From: a virus
Taxonomy: Duplodnaviria > Caudoviricetes
Direction: 5' to 3' (one strand)
DNA: 25,684 bases
Virus record (IMG/VR): IMGVR_UViG_3300044657_000552
Location: 1-25,684 of that record
Part shown: one piece after another, positions 6,554 through 16,267 of the stretch
Position numbering within the stretch: the first letter of the stretch is position 1
Layout of the letters: each line of letters starts with the position of its first letter
The notes under the pieces: model-generated
What the model was told of the DNA's origin: nothing
The model's database searches: none
What the model saw: the letters and a program-made list of their open reading frames with translations, nothing else
Position numbers and translations under genes: made by a program

Positions 6554-7741
6554 GACGACACCCGCTCGAGTCATCAACGCACCAGACTGGCGAACACCAC
6601 GCTGCTCACGCAACGCCCGCAACCGGGCAAGGTCCGCAGTAGCCTCAGAATCCAACCCGAACTCGGCGGCAGCAAACTCCGAAGACGTAAACTCTTCCTC
6701 ACCAACAAGCTGCTGCGTAATCGCACGTTGCCCACGGAACCGCTCAGCAATCTCACGTTGCTGCACATTCATGTCCACAAGCCGTTCAGCAACCCCAGTT
6801 TCAAACCCTGCCCCCAAAGTGCTGAAAGACGCAGACGACAAACCAGCCGCTTCAAGCTGCAACCGCTGCTCAATAACATTAGTGCCACGCTGCGGGTCAA
6901 GGTAGTAGGCGATCAGTTCGCCGTCGTTCTCGACACCAACCCCGTACATCTCCTGCAACTGTGCTTTCAAATTCGGGTCGATCGACCGGACAGCTTCAGC
7001 CGCCAACGCGATCCGTTCACCCATCTCGTTCTGAGACACGTCGTTACCGATGAACTCTGCGAAATCATCAACCGAATCGTAGAAACCCTCGGGGATGCCG
7101 GCAGTCATCATCATGTTGCGATATTGACGTTCAAGTTCGATGTATTGGGCAGGGCTGATCTGTGCATGGTTGTTAGCGCGCCGCAGTTCCAAACCAGGGA
7201 ACCGTGCAGCAAACTCAGGAGTTTGCCGTAGCCGCAACAGAACAGCTTGCGGACCAAGACCATCAAGCAGCATGTTGTACGCCTGGTCTGCGAGTCCCTC
7301 AAGGCCGTAGAGAGCTAGTTCGTCTTTGATGATCTCTAACGCGTTGAGGGCTTCTTGTTCAGCTTGTTCTTCTGCGAGCCCTTCAAGAACATCCATGCCG
7401 CCATCAACGCCGCTGCTGCCTGTACCGGTAGCCCCGCTTGTACCGGTAGCCCCGCTTGTACCGGTAGCCCCAGCCCCGCTTGTGCCAGTACCTACAGGAA
7501 CGGACCCGCCGGCCATCGCCCTAAGTGCCGCTTTTTGTTCTTCTGTCGCAGTTGCGCTGAACTGCCTAAGCGCTTCCAACTCCGCTGGCGACAACGCAGC
7601 GAGCGCCGCCCGCTCTGCTTCAGTCAACTGCTGAGTCGTCGTTGTTGATGGCGTGGATGTGCCAAACGGACGATACGGGTCCAAATCCCCCATCGTCGTA
7701 GGAATCTGATCTAGGTACGCAAACCCTTCACCTTCAGCCAT
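6533..7741 (-). CDS. Putative internal virion/ejection protein (402 aa)
   Basis: Helical and Ala/Glu-rich, with a low-complexity linker. Last of the run of tightly coupled large ORFs between portal and scaffold. Function is inferred from context. Confidence 0.6.
   Translation of the reverse strand: MAEGEGFAYLDQIPTTMGDLDPYRPFGTSTPSTTTTQQLTEAERAALAALSPAELEALRQFSATATEEQKAALRAMAGGSVPVGTGTSGAGATGTSGATGTSGATGTGSSGVDGGMDVLEGLAEEQAEQEALNALEIIKDELALYGLEGLADQAYNMLLDGLGPQAVLLRLRQTPEFAARFPGLELRRANNHAQISPAQYIELERQYRNMMMTAGIPEGFYDSVDDFAEFIGNDVSQNEMGERIALAAEAVRSIDPNLKAQLQEMYGVGVENDGELIAYYLDPQRGTNVIEQRLQLEAAGLSSASFSTLGAGFETGVAERLVDMNVQQREIAERFRGQRAITQQLVGEEEFTSSEFAAAEFGLDSEATADLARLRALREQRGVRQSGALMTRAGVVGLSNGA
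7421..7483. repeat. 18-bp tandem repeat (TGTACCGGTAGCCCCGCT, ~3 copies) encoding SGATGT linker
   Basis: Units at 7421-7438 and 7439-7456, a partial unit at 7457-7471, then a degenerate copy. Confidence 0.9.
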
Positions 7742-7743
7742 AG

Positions 7744-9681
7744 CTACGCCACCTCTCCAAACACTTCGCCAATAGCGAACGTCAACGCATACGCCGCATC
7801 AATACCCTGCGAAGACTCCTGCCACTCAGGCAACCCTCGAGCAAACCGGCGAACCTCGTTCAACGTCATCGGACGCATCTCGCCGTTCTCTGCCATATAG
7901 CTCACAACCTCAGGAAACTCCTCGTACAAATCAACGTTCGGACGCCCCAAGATCCGTTCCAACTCGTACTTGTACGGAGCAAAATACTGTTCAGGAGTGA
8001 TGTTGGCAGCAAGAGCATTAGCCAACATCGGGTACTTCGCCGCAGCCTGCTCCTTGAACATCTGCTCGACACCTTCAGGAGTTTGATTACCGAAGTAAAT
8101 GTCTTGAGCCAGAGTCGAAGCATCGTAAGTGCCAATCGGCGTGTAATAACTCTTTGACAACGACACCAACGAATCAGTAATCGCAGCAAAACTTGAACTT
8201 TCAACAACCGACAGATCGTAGCCGCCCTGTCCAACAAGCGTTTGCCGGATGAAATCAATGTCGTCAGCTTCGCCCAGATACAGAATGTCGTTCGCCATCT
8301 GCATCGCAAGCTCATCGGTCAAGCTCACACCGAGGAACACCGCTTCGTCTTTGAGTTGCTCCAGAACCGGATCGAAGTATTCTTTCTTCTCCAGATCCGT
8401 CATGTTCGCCATCAACGCGTCATGGCGACGCATAGCGTTATCAGTGGTCTGATACCAAGTCGTTTGCTGAACTACTTTGAGAACCTGGTTCGGGTCAACA
8501 ATGCCGTACTCGACCATCATGTCAACGACGTTCATGACCCTTGTTGCACGGGGATCGTCTGTTGGTACGGGTGAGCCGTCAGCGGTGACACCGACTTGGA
8601 GTTGCTGGTCGTATTTGTCGAGGAAGAATGTGATGCCGCCGAATCGTTCGATTAGTAGGCGTTGAACTTCGGACATGTCTGCGGCAGCAGTTGCGACAAC
8701 ACCGCCGCCACCGGTAGTGCCGCCGCTTCGAGTACCGCTAGAAGTGCCGTCGTCGGCTGTAGTGATTTTAAACCCCAAACCTTCCAGCATTGCTTTAGCA
8801 TCAGCAACATTTATTGCTGGTTCTGCTGTTTCTTCTGGTTTGTCAGGCCCCAGGTCGTAACCCATCTCGTTCAAAGCAAACAGGCGGTTGCCTTCGGCTA
8901 CCCGCTGCTCATCAGCAGACATCGTAGGCTGTCGCGTTCCAAACTCAGACGGCGGCCCCTGAAACTGCGTCGTAGCCTGACCCAAATCCCGAGTCGCAGG
9001 AGCAGGAGGCGTATAATTACTCACCGCAGCTAACTGCGCCTGAACATTCTCATCTCGAGCAGCAGGCGCAGTCGGCACCAGGCCAGAAATCACATCAGGC
9101 GGCACCAACTGACCCAACGCCGCCACCTGCGACCCAACATCCTCCTGATTCAACTGCTCTTCAATAGGACGCAACTGTTGAAGAGTTTGCTGATACTGCT
9201 CAATCTGTTGCCTCGAATCGGCAAGATCAACGTCTGAAACGTCTTCCCACAAACTCTCAATGCGACCAACAGTAAGGTCAACACCGTACGGCTCAATCCC
9301 CTCAATGTCACCCTCTTGGTCAGCAACAGCAGAAGCCAACTCAGAAAAAGTAAACGAACCATCAAGTGCAAGTCCGTTGCTAAGAACAACTCCTTGAATA
9401 TTTTGCGGACCTTCTAGCAAACGCTGCAACGTCAACTGTTCATCACGTCTACGCCGCTCTTGAGTATTGATCTCAACAACAACACCAAGAAGACCACGAA
9501 TAAGACGCTCTAAATCAGATTCACCAAGCCGGCCTTCACCGCCGCCCAACAAAAGCTGAACCCGCTGAAGATTTTCAATATTTTTTTCAGCTTCACGAAC
9601 ACTGCTCTCCGCATCGCTGATCTCATTTTCAAGTTTCTTACGCTCTGAATCAAGCAGATCGTCGTACTCTTCCCAAGCCAT
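7744..9681 (-). CDS. Putative internal virion/ejection protein (645 aa)
   Basis: Long ORF with a coiled-coil N-terminus, a P/T/G linker and a helical C-terminal region. Start overlaps the upstream stop (TAATG). Confidence 0.6.
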   Translation of the reverse strand: MAWEEYDDLLDSERKKLENEISDAESSVREAEKNIENLQRVQLLLGGGEGRLGESDLERLIRGLLGVVVEINTQERRRRDEQLTLQRLLEGPQNIQGVVLSNGLALDGSFTFSELASAVADQEGDIEGIEPYGVDLTVGRIESLWEDVSDVDLADSRQQIEQYQQTLQQLRPIEEQLNQEDVGSQVAALGQLVPPDVISGLVPTAPAARDENVQAQLAAVSNYTPPAPATRDLGQATTQFQGPPSEFGTRQPTMSADEQRVAEGNRLFALNEMGYDLGPDKPEETAEPAINVADAKAMLEGLGFKITTADDGTSSGTRSGGTTGGGGVVATAAADMSEVQRLLIERFGGITFFLDKYDQQLQVGVTADGSPVPTDDPRATRVMNVVDMMVEYGIVDPNQVLKVVQQTTWYQTTDNAMRRHDALMANMTDLEKKEYFDPVLEQLKDEAVFLGVSLTDELAMQMANDILYLGEADDIDFIRQTLVGQGGYDLSVVESSSFAAITDSLVSLSKSYYTPIGTYDASTLAQDIYFGNQTPEGVEQMFKEQAAAKYPMLANALAANITPEQYFAPYKYELERILGRPNVDLYEEFPEVVSYMAENGEMRPMTLNEVRRFARGLPEWQESSQGIDAAYALTFAIGEVFGEVA

Positions 9682-10454
9682 TATCGACCACCAATCCCCA
9701 ACACCTGCATCAACATCCCAGCAGCATTAGCGTAATCCATCGCCGCCGCCTCATTCGGAGCCTGCTGCCGAGCAAACGCCTCCGCACGAGCAGGCACACT
9801 GATCGAAGACACCCCAGACGCCTGCAACCCGTGAATCATCTTCACAAACGACTGCTGCTCCGCAGGCGACGCCATACGGCCCGTCACCGACGCCGAAGCC
9901 TGCTTCGCCGCGTCAGCCAACGCATACGGATCAATATAGTTGATAACTCGACCACCGCCGCCGGCAGTAGCCGCCGCCTTCGCCTGAGCCAACGCAGCGC
10001 TCAAATTCTCAGGAGTGCTGTTGTAGTTGCGAAGCAACACACTCAGAAAGTCAGTGTCCACCCCAAAATTTGTTGACTGCCTAGCAAGCTCGATCGTGTC
10101 CTGCACCTTGTCCACGAAATACTGCTGGTCAAGTTCGCCTTCTTCAGAAAACATGTAGTCGAGGTTCTCGTACACGCCGACTGTAAACATGTCGATCGCT
10201 AACAGTCCTTGTTCTTCACGCGACAGCCCGGTCAGGATGTTTCTGATGTCGCTGAACATCACAGGCGTCGGAGCCATCCCTGGCCCTGCCTGCACCGGTT
10301 CCGCATACTCACGGTACTGGAGCCGCCCAGGCTGCATGCTTTCCGGTCCGAACCCGATAAACGAATCGCCAGAAGCTTGTGCTTCTCGGTCAGAAGCGGC
10401 TATGGCATTTACTTGGGCGTCACGTTCGGCTCTCGTAGGCGACGGTGTAGTCAT
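9681..10454 (-). CDS. Putative internal virion protein (257 aa)
   Basis: Ala-rich and helical, with 1-nt stop/start overlaps on both sides. Confidence 0.55.
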   Translation of the reverse strand: MTTPSPTRAERDAQVNAIAASDREAQASGDSFIGFGPESMQPGRLQYREYAEPVQAGPGMAPTPVMFSDIRNILTGLSREEQGLLAIDMFTVGVYENLDYMFSEEGELDQQYFVDKVQDTIELARQSTNFGVDTDFLSVLLRNYNSTPENLSAALAQAKAAATAGGGGRVINYIDPYALADAAKQASASVTGRMASPAEQQSFVKMIHGLQASGVSSISVPARAEAFARQQAPNEAAAMDYANAAGMLMQVLGIGGR

Positions 10455-13400
10455 CAGAACAACCCTTCAAAAGCATCATCATCAACAAACGTTCTAGGAT
10501 CCAAACTGTCACGTTCAAAGTAACGGTCATAAATCGCAGAAAACTCGGGAATCAAACTCAACTCCGCTTTCGCCTGCTCCCAATACAACAATAGATCCTC
10601 ATTCGACTTATTGCCGATATTGTCCGAACCGCCCTCAGACTCCCGTTCCTGCAAACGAGTCTGCACATACATCCGCAAATCGAAATACTCGATCACATGC
10701 CGAGTCGAAGGACGCTGCAACAACTGTTCGTCCTGCAACCCGGCAACAAACCCGTCCACAACATCTTTCATACGGGCCGTAGAAGAACCGTAATCATCGA
10801 ACTGTTCAGCCCACGCCGGATACTTCTTCCGCAAAGCATCGATCTCCCGCTCCACATACGCAGCCAACGGACGCATATGCGAAGCGTTCAACGAACCCGA
10901 CATGCCCGCAGCAATCGCCTCCTCCTCCTTACTGCGCTTGTAATCAGCCAGATCCGTGTACGCCTTCCACCCCAACTCGGCCTGCGTATCAAGCATCGCC
11001 TCCAACGGCGTCTTCCGCGACCGGCGAGTCTCATCAGACCCAGGAGCCAACGCCATGTTCATCTGACGCCGATACACAGCCTGCGAAAACACGAACTTCT
11101 CATCCGAAGACCCAAGACTGGCTGTCACCCACGCACCAATTTCAGGATGCGCCTGCACCAAATCCTGATGCTTCATATACAACTCTTCAGACTCAATCGA
11201 CGCAGCAACCCCATCGTTCAACTGCGTCATACGGGCAGTCAACGCAAAGAAATCTTCGCCATACAACTCGAGGAACATCGAGTTGCCTTCAAGAGTGCCG
11301 TGTTCACGTTGCAACCGGCGGGCCTCTTGCACCAACGGCTCGTACGGTGACAGAAGCGTTGTAGACGTAGGCGAGAAGAACCCAGCAGCGACACGGAACA
11401 GCGAGAACTGTTTGGCCCGGTCGTTCGCTAGCTCAATCGCAGCGTTCAACTCGAGGTCGTCTGCCCAGTCGATCGGGTCGCCGGCTTCGGCGCGTTGCGT
11501 AACGATGTCTTGGAAGAATCGTTGCACGAGTCGTTCAGTTGTTTGCGAATCACGGAAATAATCGTCAAGCGACTTCGCCCATGTCGGCAGGTTGCCTTTG
11601 ACGGCACGGTCAAAGAAACCGCCTTCGGGATGCCCGAACGGGAACATGAACCCGAACGTTTCTTCCAACCCCGGCTTCTCAAGGATCGCTTCACGCACCG
11701 GCACCGTAATAAGCGGCCCGAACCCTGGCAGCGGCGCTGACGTGATCGTGTTCAACCCTTCCTTCGAGAACCGGACAGTAGCGTCTTGATCTTGCAACAT
11801 CTTCGGGATCAGCAAGTTCCGCATCGTCGGAGACATCGCATCGAAAATCGTTGTTTCGTTGCCGTCCGAGTCGTAAGCAGGACCGAACGGTCGGAACATC
11901 AGATACGTCGGGCCTTCAGTGCCGTCATCGTTCTCGATCGTGACTTCGCTGATACCAAGAGCCTGAGCGTCCCATTCCTTGCGGTACAGACGCGCCATGT
12001 TGCCAACGAACGTCGGGTTCTCCAAAGCAAACCCGCCCCAACGGCCAAGCACTTCTTGCCACGCATTGAAGAACGGCATCGAGTTGCCGACCATCTCACT
12101 GATACGAGTGTTCTCAGCAAGGTCGTACATCACTTCGCGTACTTCTGTCAGCGCCGAGTCGCGAGCTTGTTTCTCCAACTGGTCAATTTGTTTCTGAGAC
12201 AACCGGACGTTGCCGTCAGGGTCTGTGATGAGCGCTACCCGGCGTCGCAGTTCTCGTTCGTACCGGGTGCTGAAGAACGGGTTACGGGCAAGTTCGTCGG
12301 TCGGGAGCGTACCGAACATTTTGAACAGGTCTTCAGCCCATACAGCTACTTTCTCTCCCCAAACTGTTCGTGATGCCCCCTGATGCGAGATCGGTTCAGG
12401 AGCAACCGCTTTCCCAAACCCAGGATACCCGTTTTCTCGCATCCACATGATCTTGTGGTGAAGAGCCCAGTCGTCCCCCCACCCTTCCATGTCATTCAAT
12501 TCGTCAACAACGGTTTGCCATTTTGGCGGTTGACCTGATTGAGCCGCCTCACGCAACTTGCCGAAATAATCGCTTGGAAGAACATTCTCGTACTCTTCAA
12601 CAATGTTTTTGGCAATCGCCGTCAACTCGCCTTCAGCCAAATCCTTATAATGGGCTGACACCAAATTGTTGAACAACGTGCGATCTTTCTCCAACAACTG
12701 TGCAAGAGCTTCAATACGTTCATTTAAGTCCCCAGACCTCCAAACAATGTCGTAGAACTCTTGACCGTAACCTGCGGACGTATACATGTTCATCATGTTC
12801 GACCACTCGCTATCAAGATGAACAACGTTGATCGCCTCACCATCTTTGAAAACGACCGAATCCCACGCTTTGAAATCCACGTTCTGGAACTGCCGCAACT
12901 GGCGTTCGGCGTCACGCAACGCACCCGAATACACCGCCGACTGCGACCTAGAAGCAGACACACTCGCCCGAATCTGTTCTTGGAACCGAGGATCGTCACC
13001 AAACGCGTTACGGAACGACAACCCCCCAATCGACAACCCGCCAACACCAGCCTTCTGCATCAACTCCTCAGCAGCATCAAACGTATTCTTCGCTTCCGTA
13101 GCCTTGCCAGCAACCGCCGCATCCTCAGAATCAATCAACTTCTGAATATGAGTGGCGTCGTCCAACATCTTGCGCGCCTCAGCAGCTTCCTCTGGGCCAA
13201 CAGCGTCTTTCAACAACTGCTGGGCCTCGCTACGCAACCTCCCTGCATAATTCAACGCAGCTTTCCGCTCGAGCGCCCGATTGATGTTGCGTCGTTTACT
13301 CGTAGCCGCAACAAACCCGTACAACCCGCCGGCGACAGGGTTCCCCATCAACGCACCGAAGGCGATTCCTTTCAAAGCTGCGTTACGACCCAGGCGACGA

Positions 13401-15868
13401 GCATTGCTCTGACGTTTCTTCAACTGGCGTGCGTTCAAAACTTTCTCACGGGTCAACTGCTTTACAGCGTCGTTAAGCCCGTCTTCACCAGCCGCCTTGT
13501 ACAAGTCGTACAACGTCTCAACGCCTTCATCGCCAACGTCTTTGCCGACCTTCTCTTTCAGAATCCTAGTGATCGCATCAATATCGGTTGCTTCATCAAT
13601 CCCATCAAGTTTGTGCAACGCAAACGCACGCCGAAGTTGAGGAAACCTCGTAATCAAATTGCCAAGCGAAGTTATTCCGCCGAGAACCGCTGCCGCACGC
13701 AACTGCTCATCCAACCCGACACGCATCGGCCACTTCGGAGTCAACAACATGCCTGAACGCCACGCCTGCTGCGGCTTGTCCAAAACGTGACGGCCACGCC
13801 CAACAACGCCTCGAGAAACGTCACCAACCTTCACAGCAACCCGACGCGGCCCTACGCTTTCACGAGCCTGCGCCAACTCGATGTGGCGCTGCACAACGTC
13901 ATAACGAGGCTGCACCGCAGAGTTCTGCACCTGCGAAGGCGACATACGATGGTTCACAACAATTTTCCTGCCATCAGGCAACTGTCGAGTAGTCGTAACC
14001 TGCCCTGCCTGGTCTGTTACCCCAACCGCACGCGACGCTTCCTCCTGCCAGTCACGCGACGCTTTCCCATATTCATCTGACAACGTGCGCCGGAACGGAT
14101 CTATGTCCACCCCAAGATCAGCATCATCCAACAACCCGTCAATACGCGTATTCAACTGCTCCACAGTGTTCACATACAACTGGCGCATCAGTTCTTTGTC
14201 GCCTTTCAACGACATGCGCCGAAACGACGACACCAGCTTCGCAGCCTGATCCGCAGCAAGAAGCGTTTCGCCGTTGACAACAACCCTGTTCGCTTGCGTC
14301 AACACCCGCTCAAACTGGTCAACAGCACTCGGATCATCAAAGAAAATGTGCGTCTGCGGAGTGCGCTCCGAAATCACCCGAATAGCTTTGCCATAGAAAC
14401 CGCCACGGCTACCCCCCACCGTGTGCGGATTATAAAACTCTGACAACACAACCTCGTCCGTCAAATTCTGATCAAGAACGTCCTGGTGCTGCCGCAACAA
14501 ACCGCTAAGACGATTACCAAACGGCAACTGACGAACCTGCCCGGCGTTCAACCCCAAGTTCACGTCATCAGACGTTGCAATAATGTTTTCCAAAGCTGCA
14601 CGCAACAACGCGTCATCTTCAGTAGCAGCAAAATCCGTTAAATACCGGGCTTCGTTTGTGTAATAACGGCCATTGATAAACTTAACGTTGAACTGTTGCG
14701 AATCAAACAACGCGTCCCTGAACTGATGCATCACAGCCCAGTCCACCTGTTCCGACAATTTAATGAACCGATTCGTTGCCTCAGAATTCGCTGTCTTCGG
14801 ATCCCTCAAATCTCGAACAATCGAAGTCCAGTCGTCGCCTTTTGTAATGTCCAACAACTCTGACGCCAGATCACTGACCTCTTGCATCACAGTCATGTCG
14901 CCGGCAAGCGCCCGCATCGTGACCTTGCGTGCCTCAAACGTTTGAGCATTCGCCAACAACTCGACTGCTTCATTCGTCATCTTCAAACCGGCACGCCCGG
15001 TTTCTTGACGAAACGCTTCGGACCGTTCCGCAGCCGTCGCATATTTCGCCATCGCCGCATCAACACGTTTGAAATCTTTGCTTTCAACAAACGCTTGCGC
15101 CCGCTGCGACGTATGCGACTGAATGATCTCAATACGATTTGAAAGCTGATCTGACGTTTTGAACCTGACCGGACGAAGCCCCGTGCCACCCCCATACACC
15201 CTCGTAATATCTCGAGGAGCGCCGATCAACGCTCCACGCGTCGGACGGGTCGCTTTCCCGAACACGGCAGCGCCACGAGCAGATTTCAACGCAGTCCCGC
15301 CAAAGATCGTCACCGGGTCAATGAATTCCTGCACAAAGTCGGCGGTGCCTGAAATCAGGTTGAAAATCGGGTCGTCTTGAATCGAGTTGTATTCGTCTTC
15401 GTCAAACGGATCAATATAAAACAGGTTCGCAGCGAACGACTGACCAAACGTGCGTTTGTCGTTGATGTCCCACGCTTTCGCATACGTCTGAGCATCAAAC
15501 AACGACTGGATACCGGTTTGATGCGTCGCGTTGACCACGGTAAAAATTGTGCCCAACGGGCGGTCAACGACTTCCTGAATCGTCCAGTCCCACGCACCCA
15601 ACACCGGGTCAATAACCGTGCGGGCAGGGGCACGAACTTCTTCCGGCAACGCACCGATCAAAGCGCCACCGATACCCTCAGGACCAAACAACCCGCCGAT
15701 TGTTTGCGTCAACAAATCTTCTTGCGCCGAATTGATGACCTGCTCCGCAGCGCCACCAAAATCGCCGGTCACCGCCGTACGGGCAGCACCAACCAAATCA
15801 ACAACAAATTCGCCAGGACCAGTGACAGCATCAATCGCGCCGTTGAAAACCTTGTCCAGAAACCCCAT
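10454..15868 (-). CDS. Large internal virion/DNA ejection protein (1804 aa)
   Basis: Very long and mostly helical, with Gly/Ala amphipathic segments and a C-terminal LPGFGPL...PFG region. Its size and position resemble podoviral large core proteins. No enzymatic motif was recognised. Confidence 0.65.
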   Translation of the reverse strand: MGFLDKVFNGAIDAVTGPGEFVVDLVGAARTAVTGDFGGAAEQVINSAQEDLLTQTIGGLFGPEGIGGALIGALPEEVRAPARTVIDPVLGAWDWTIQEVVDRPLGTIFTVVNATHQTGIQSLFDAQTYAKAWDINDKRTFGQSFAANLFYIDPFDEDEYNSIQDDPIFNLISGTADFVQEFIDPVTIFGGTALKSARGAAVFGKATRPTRGALIGAPRDITRVYGGGTGLRPVRFKTSDQLSNRIEIIQSHTSQRAQAFVESKDFKRVDAAMAKYATAAERSEAFRQETGRAGLKMTNEAVELLANAQTFEARKVTMRALAGDMTVMQEVSDLASELLDITKGDDWTSIVRDLRDPKTANSEATNRFIKLSEQVDWAVMHQFRDALFDSQQFNVKFINGRYYTNEARYLTDFAATEDDALLRAALENIIATSDDVNLGLNAGQVRQLPFGNRLSGLLRQHQDVLDQNLTDEVVLSEFYNPHTVGGSRGGFYGKAIRVISERTPQTHIFFDDPSAVDQFERVLTQANRVVVNGETLLAADQAAKLVSSFRRMSLKGDKELMRQLYVNTVEQLNTRIDGLLDDADLGVDIDPFRRTLSDEYGKASRDWQEEASRAVGVTDQAGQVTTTRQLPDGRKIVVNHRMSPSQVQNSAVQPRYDVVQRHIELAQARESVGPRRVAVKVGDVSRGVVGRGRHVLDKPQQAWRSGMLLTPKWPMRVGLDEQLRAAAVLGGITSLGNLITRFPQLRRAFALHKLDGIDEATDIDAITRILKEKVGKDVGDEGVETLYDLYKAAGEDGLNDAVKQLTREKVLNARQLKKRQSNARRLGRNAALKGIAFGALMGNPVAGGLYGFVAATSKRRNINRALERKAALNYAGRLRSEAQQLLKDAVGPEEAAEARKMLDDATHIQKLIDSEDAAVAGKATEAKNTFDAAEELMQKAGVGGLSIGGLSFRNAFGDDPRFQEQIRASVSASRSQSAVYSGALRDAERQLRQFQNVDFKAWDSVVFKDGEAINVVHLDSEWSNMMNMYTSAGYGQEFYDIVWRSGDLNERIEALAQLLEKDRTLFNNLVSAHYKDLAEGELTAIAKNIVEEYENVLPSDYFGKLREAAQSGQPPKWQTVVDELNDMEGWGDDWALHHKIMWMRENGYPGFGKAVAPEPISHQGASRTVWGEKVAVWAEDLFKMFGTLPTDELARNPFFSTRYERELRRRVALITDPDGNVRLSQKQIDQLEKQARDSALTEVREVMYDLAENTRISEMVGNSMPFFNAWQEVLGRWGGFALENPTFVGNMARLYRKEWDAQALGISEVTIENDDGTEGPTYLMFRPFGPAYDSDGNETTIFDAMSPTMRNLLIPKMLQDQDATVRFSKEGLNTITSAPLPGFGPLITVPVREAILEKPGLEETFGFMFPFGHPEGGFFDRAVKGNLPTWAKSLDDYFRDSQTTERLVQRFFQDIVTQRAEAGDPIDWADDLELNAAIELANDRAKQFSLFRVAAGFFSPTSTTLLSPYEPLVQEARRLQREHGTLEGNSMFLELYGEDFFALTARMTQLNDGVAASIESEELYMKHQDLVQAHPEIGAWVTASLGSSDEKFVFSQAVYRRQMNMALAPGSDETRRSRKTPLEAMLDTQAELGWKAYTDLADYKRSKEEEAIAAGMSGSLNASHMRPLAAYVEREIDALRKKYPAWAEQFDDYGSSTARMKDVVDGFVAGLQDEQLLQRPSTRHVIEYFDLRMYVQTRLQERESEGGSDNIGNKSNEDLLLYWEQAKAELSLIPEFSAIYDRYFERDSLDPRTFVDDDAFEGLF

Positions 15869-16267
15869 CTACAGATCCCCAACATCAGGCATCATCCCTT
15901 TATCAGCAAACTGGCTGATGTCCGGCGACTGCGACCGCAAACGACGAGCAGCGTTACGAGCAAACGGCGACGCATACGGCGTCGAAGAAATCGCTTCATA
16001 CAATGCCGCAGCGTTCGCCACACGAAACTCCTGCACCGGATCCGTTCTCGGAGCAGCAGAAACCGGCGACCCCGGCGTCATAATCGACTCGTTCAGGCGT
16101 TCCGACCGGCGCGCAAACGCAGCTTGCCCTGGTTTCATCAACCGACGCGGCGGCTGCATCTGAGGCAACGGAACCGCCGCCTGCGCCTCTTCCTGCGCTT
16201 GCGCCTGACCATACTGCTGACCAGAAGCAACCCGAGTGGCCTGCTGACCTTGACCTCGACGTGGCAT
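15869..16267 (-). CDS. Hypothetical virion-associated protein (132 aa)
   Basis: Coupled to the portal stop (TAATG) and abuts the next ATG. Q/P/A-rich, with GQQYG near the N-terminus. Confidence 0.7.
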   Translation of the reverse strand: MPRRGQGQQATRVASGQQYGQAQAQEEAQAAVPLPQMQPPRRLMKPGQAAFARRSERLNESIMTPGSPVSAAPRTDPVQEFRVANAAALYEAISSTPYASPFARNAARRLRSQSPDISQFADKGMMPDVGDL

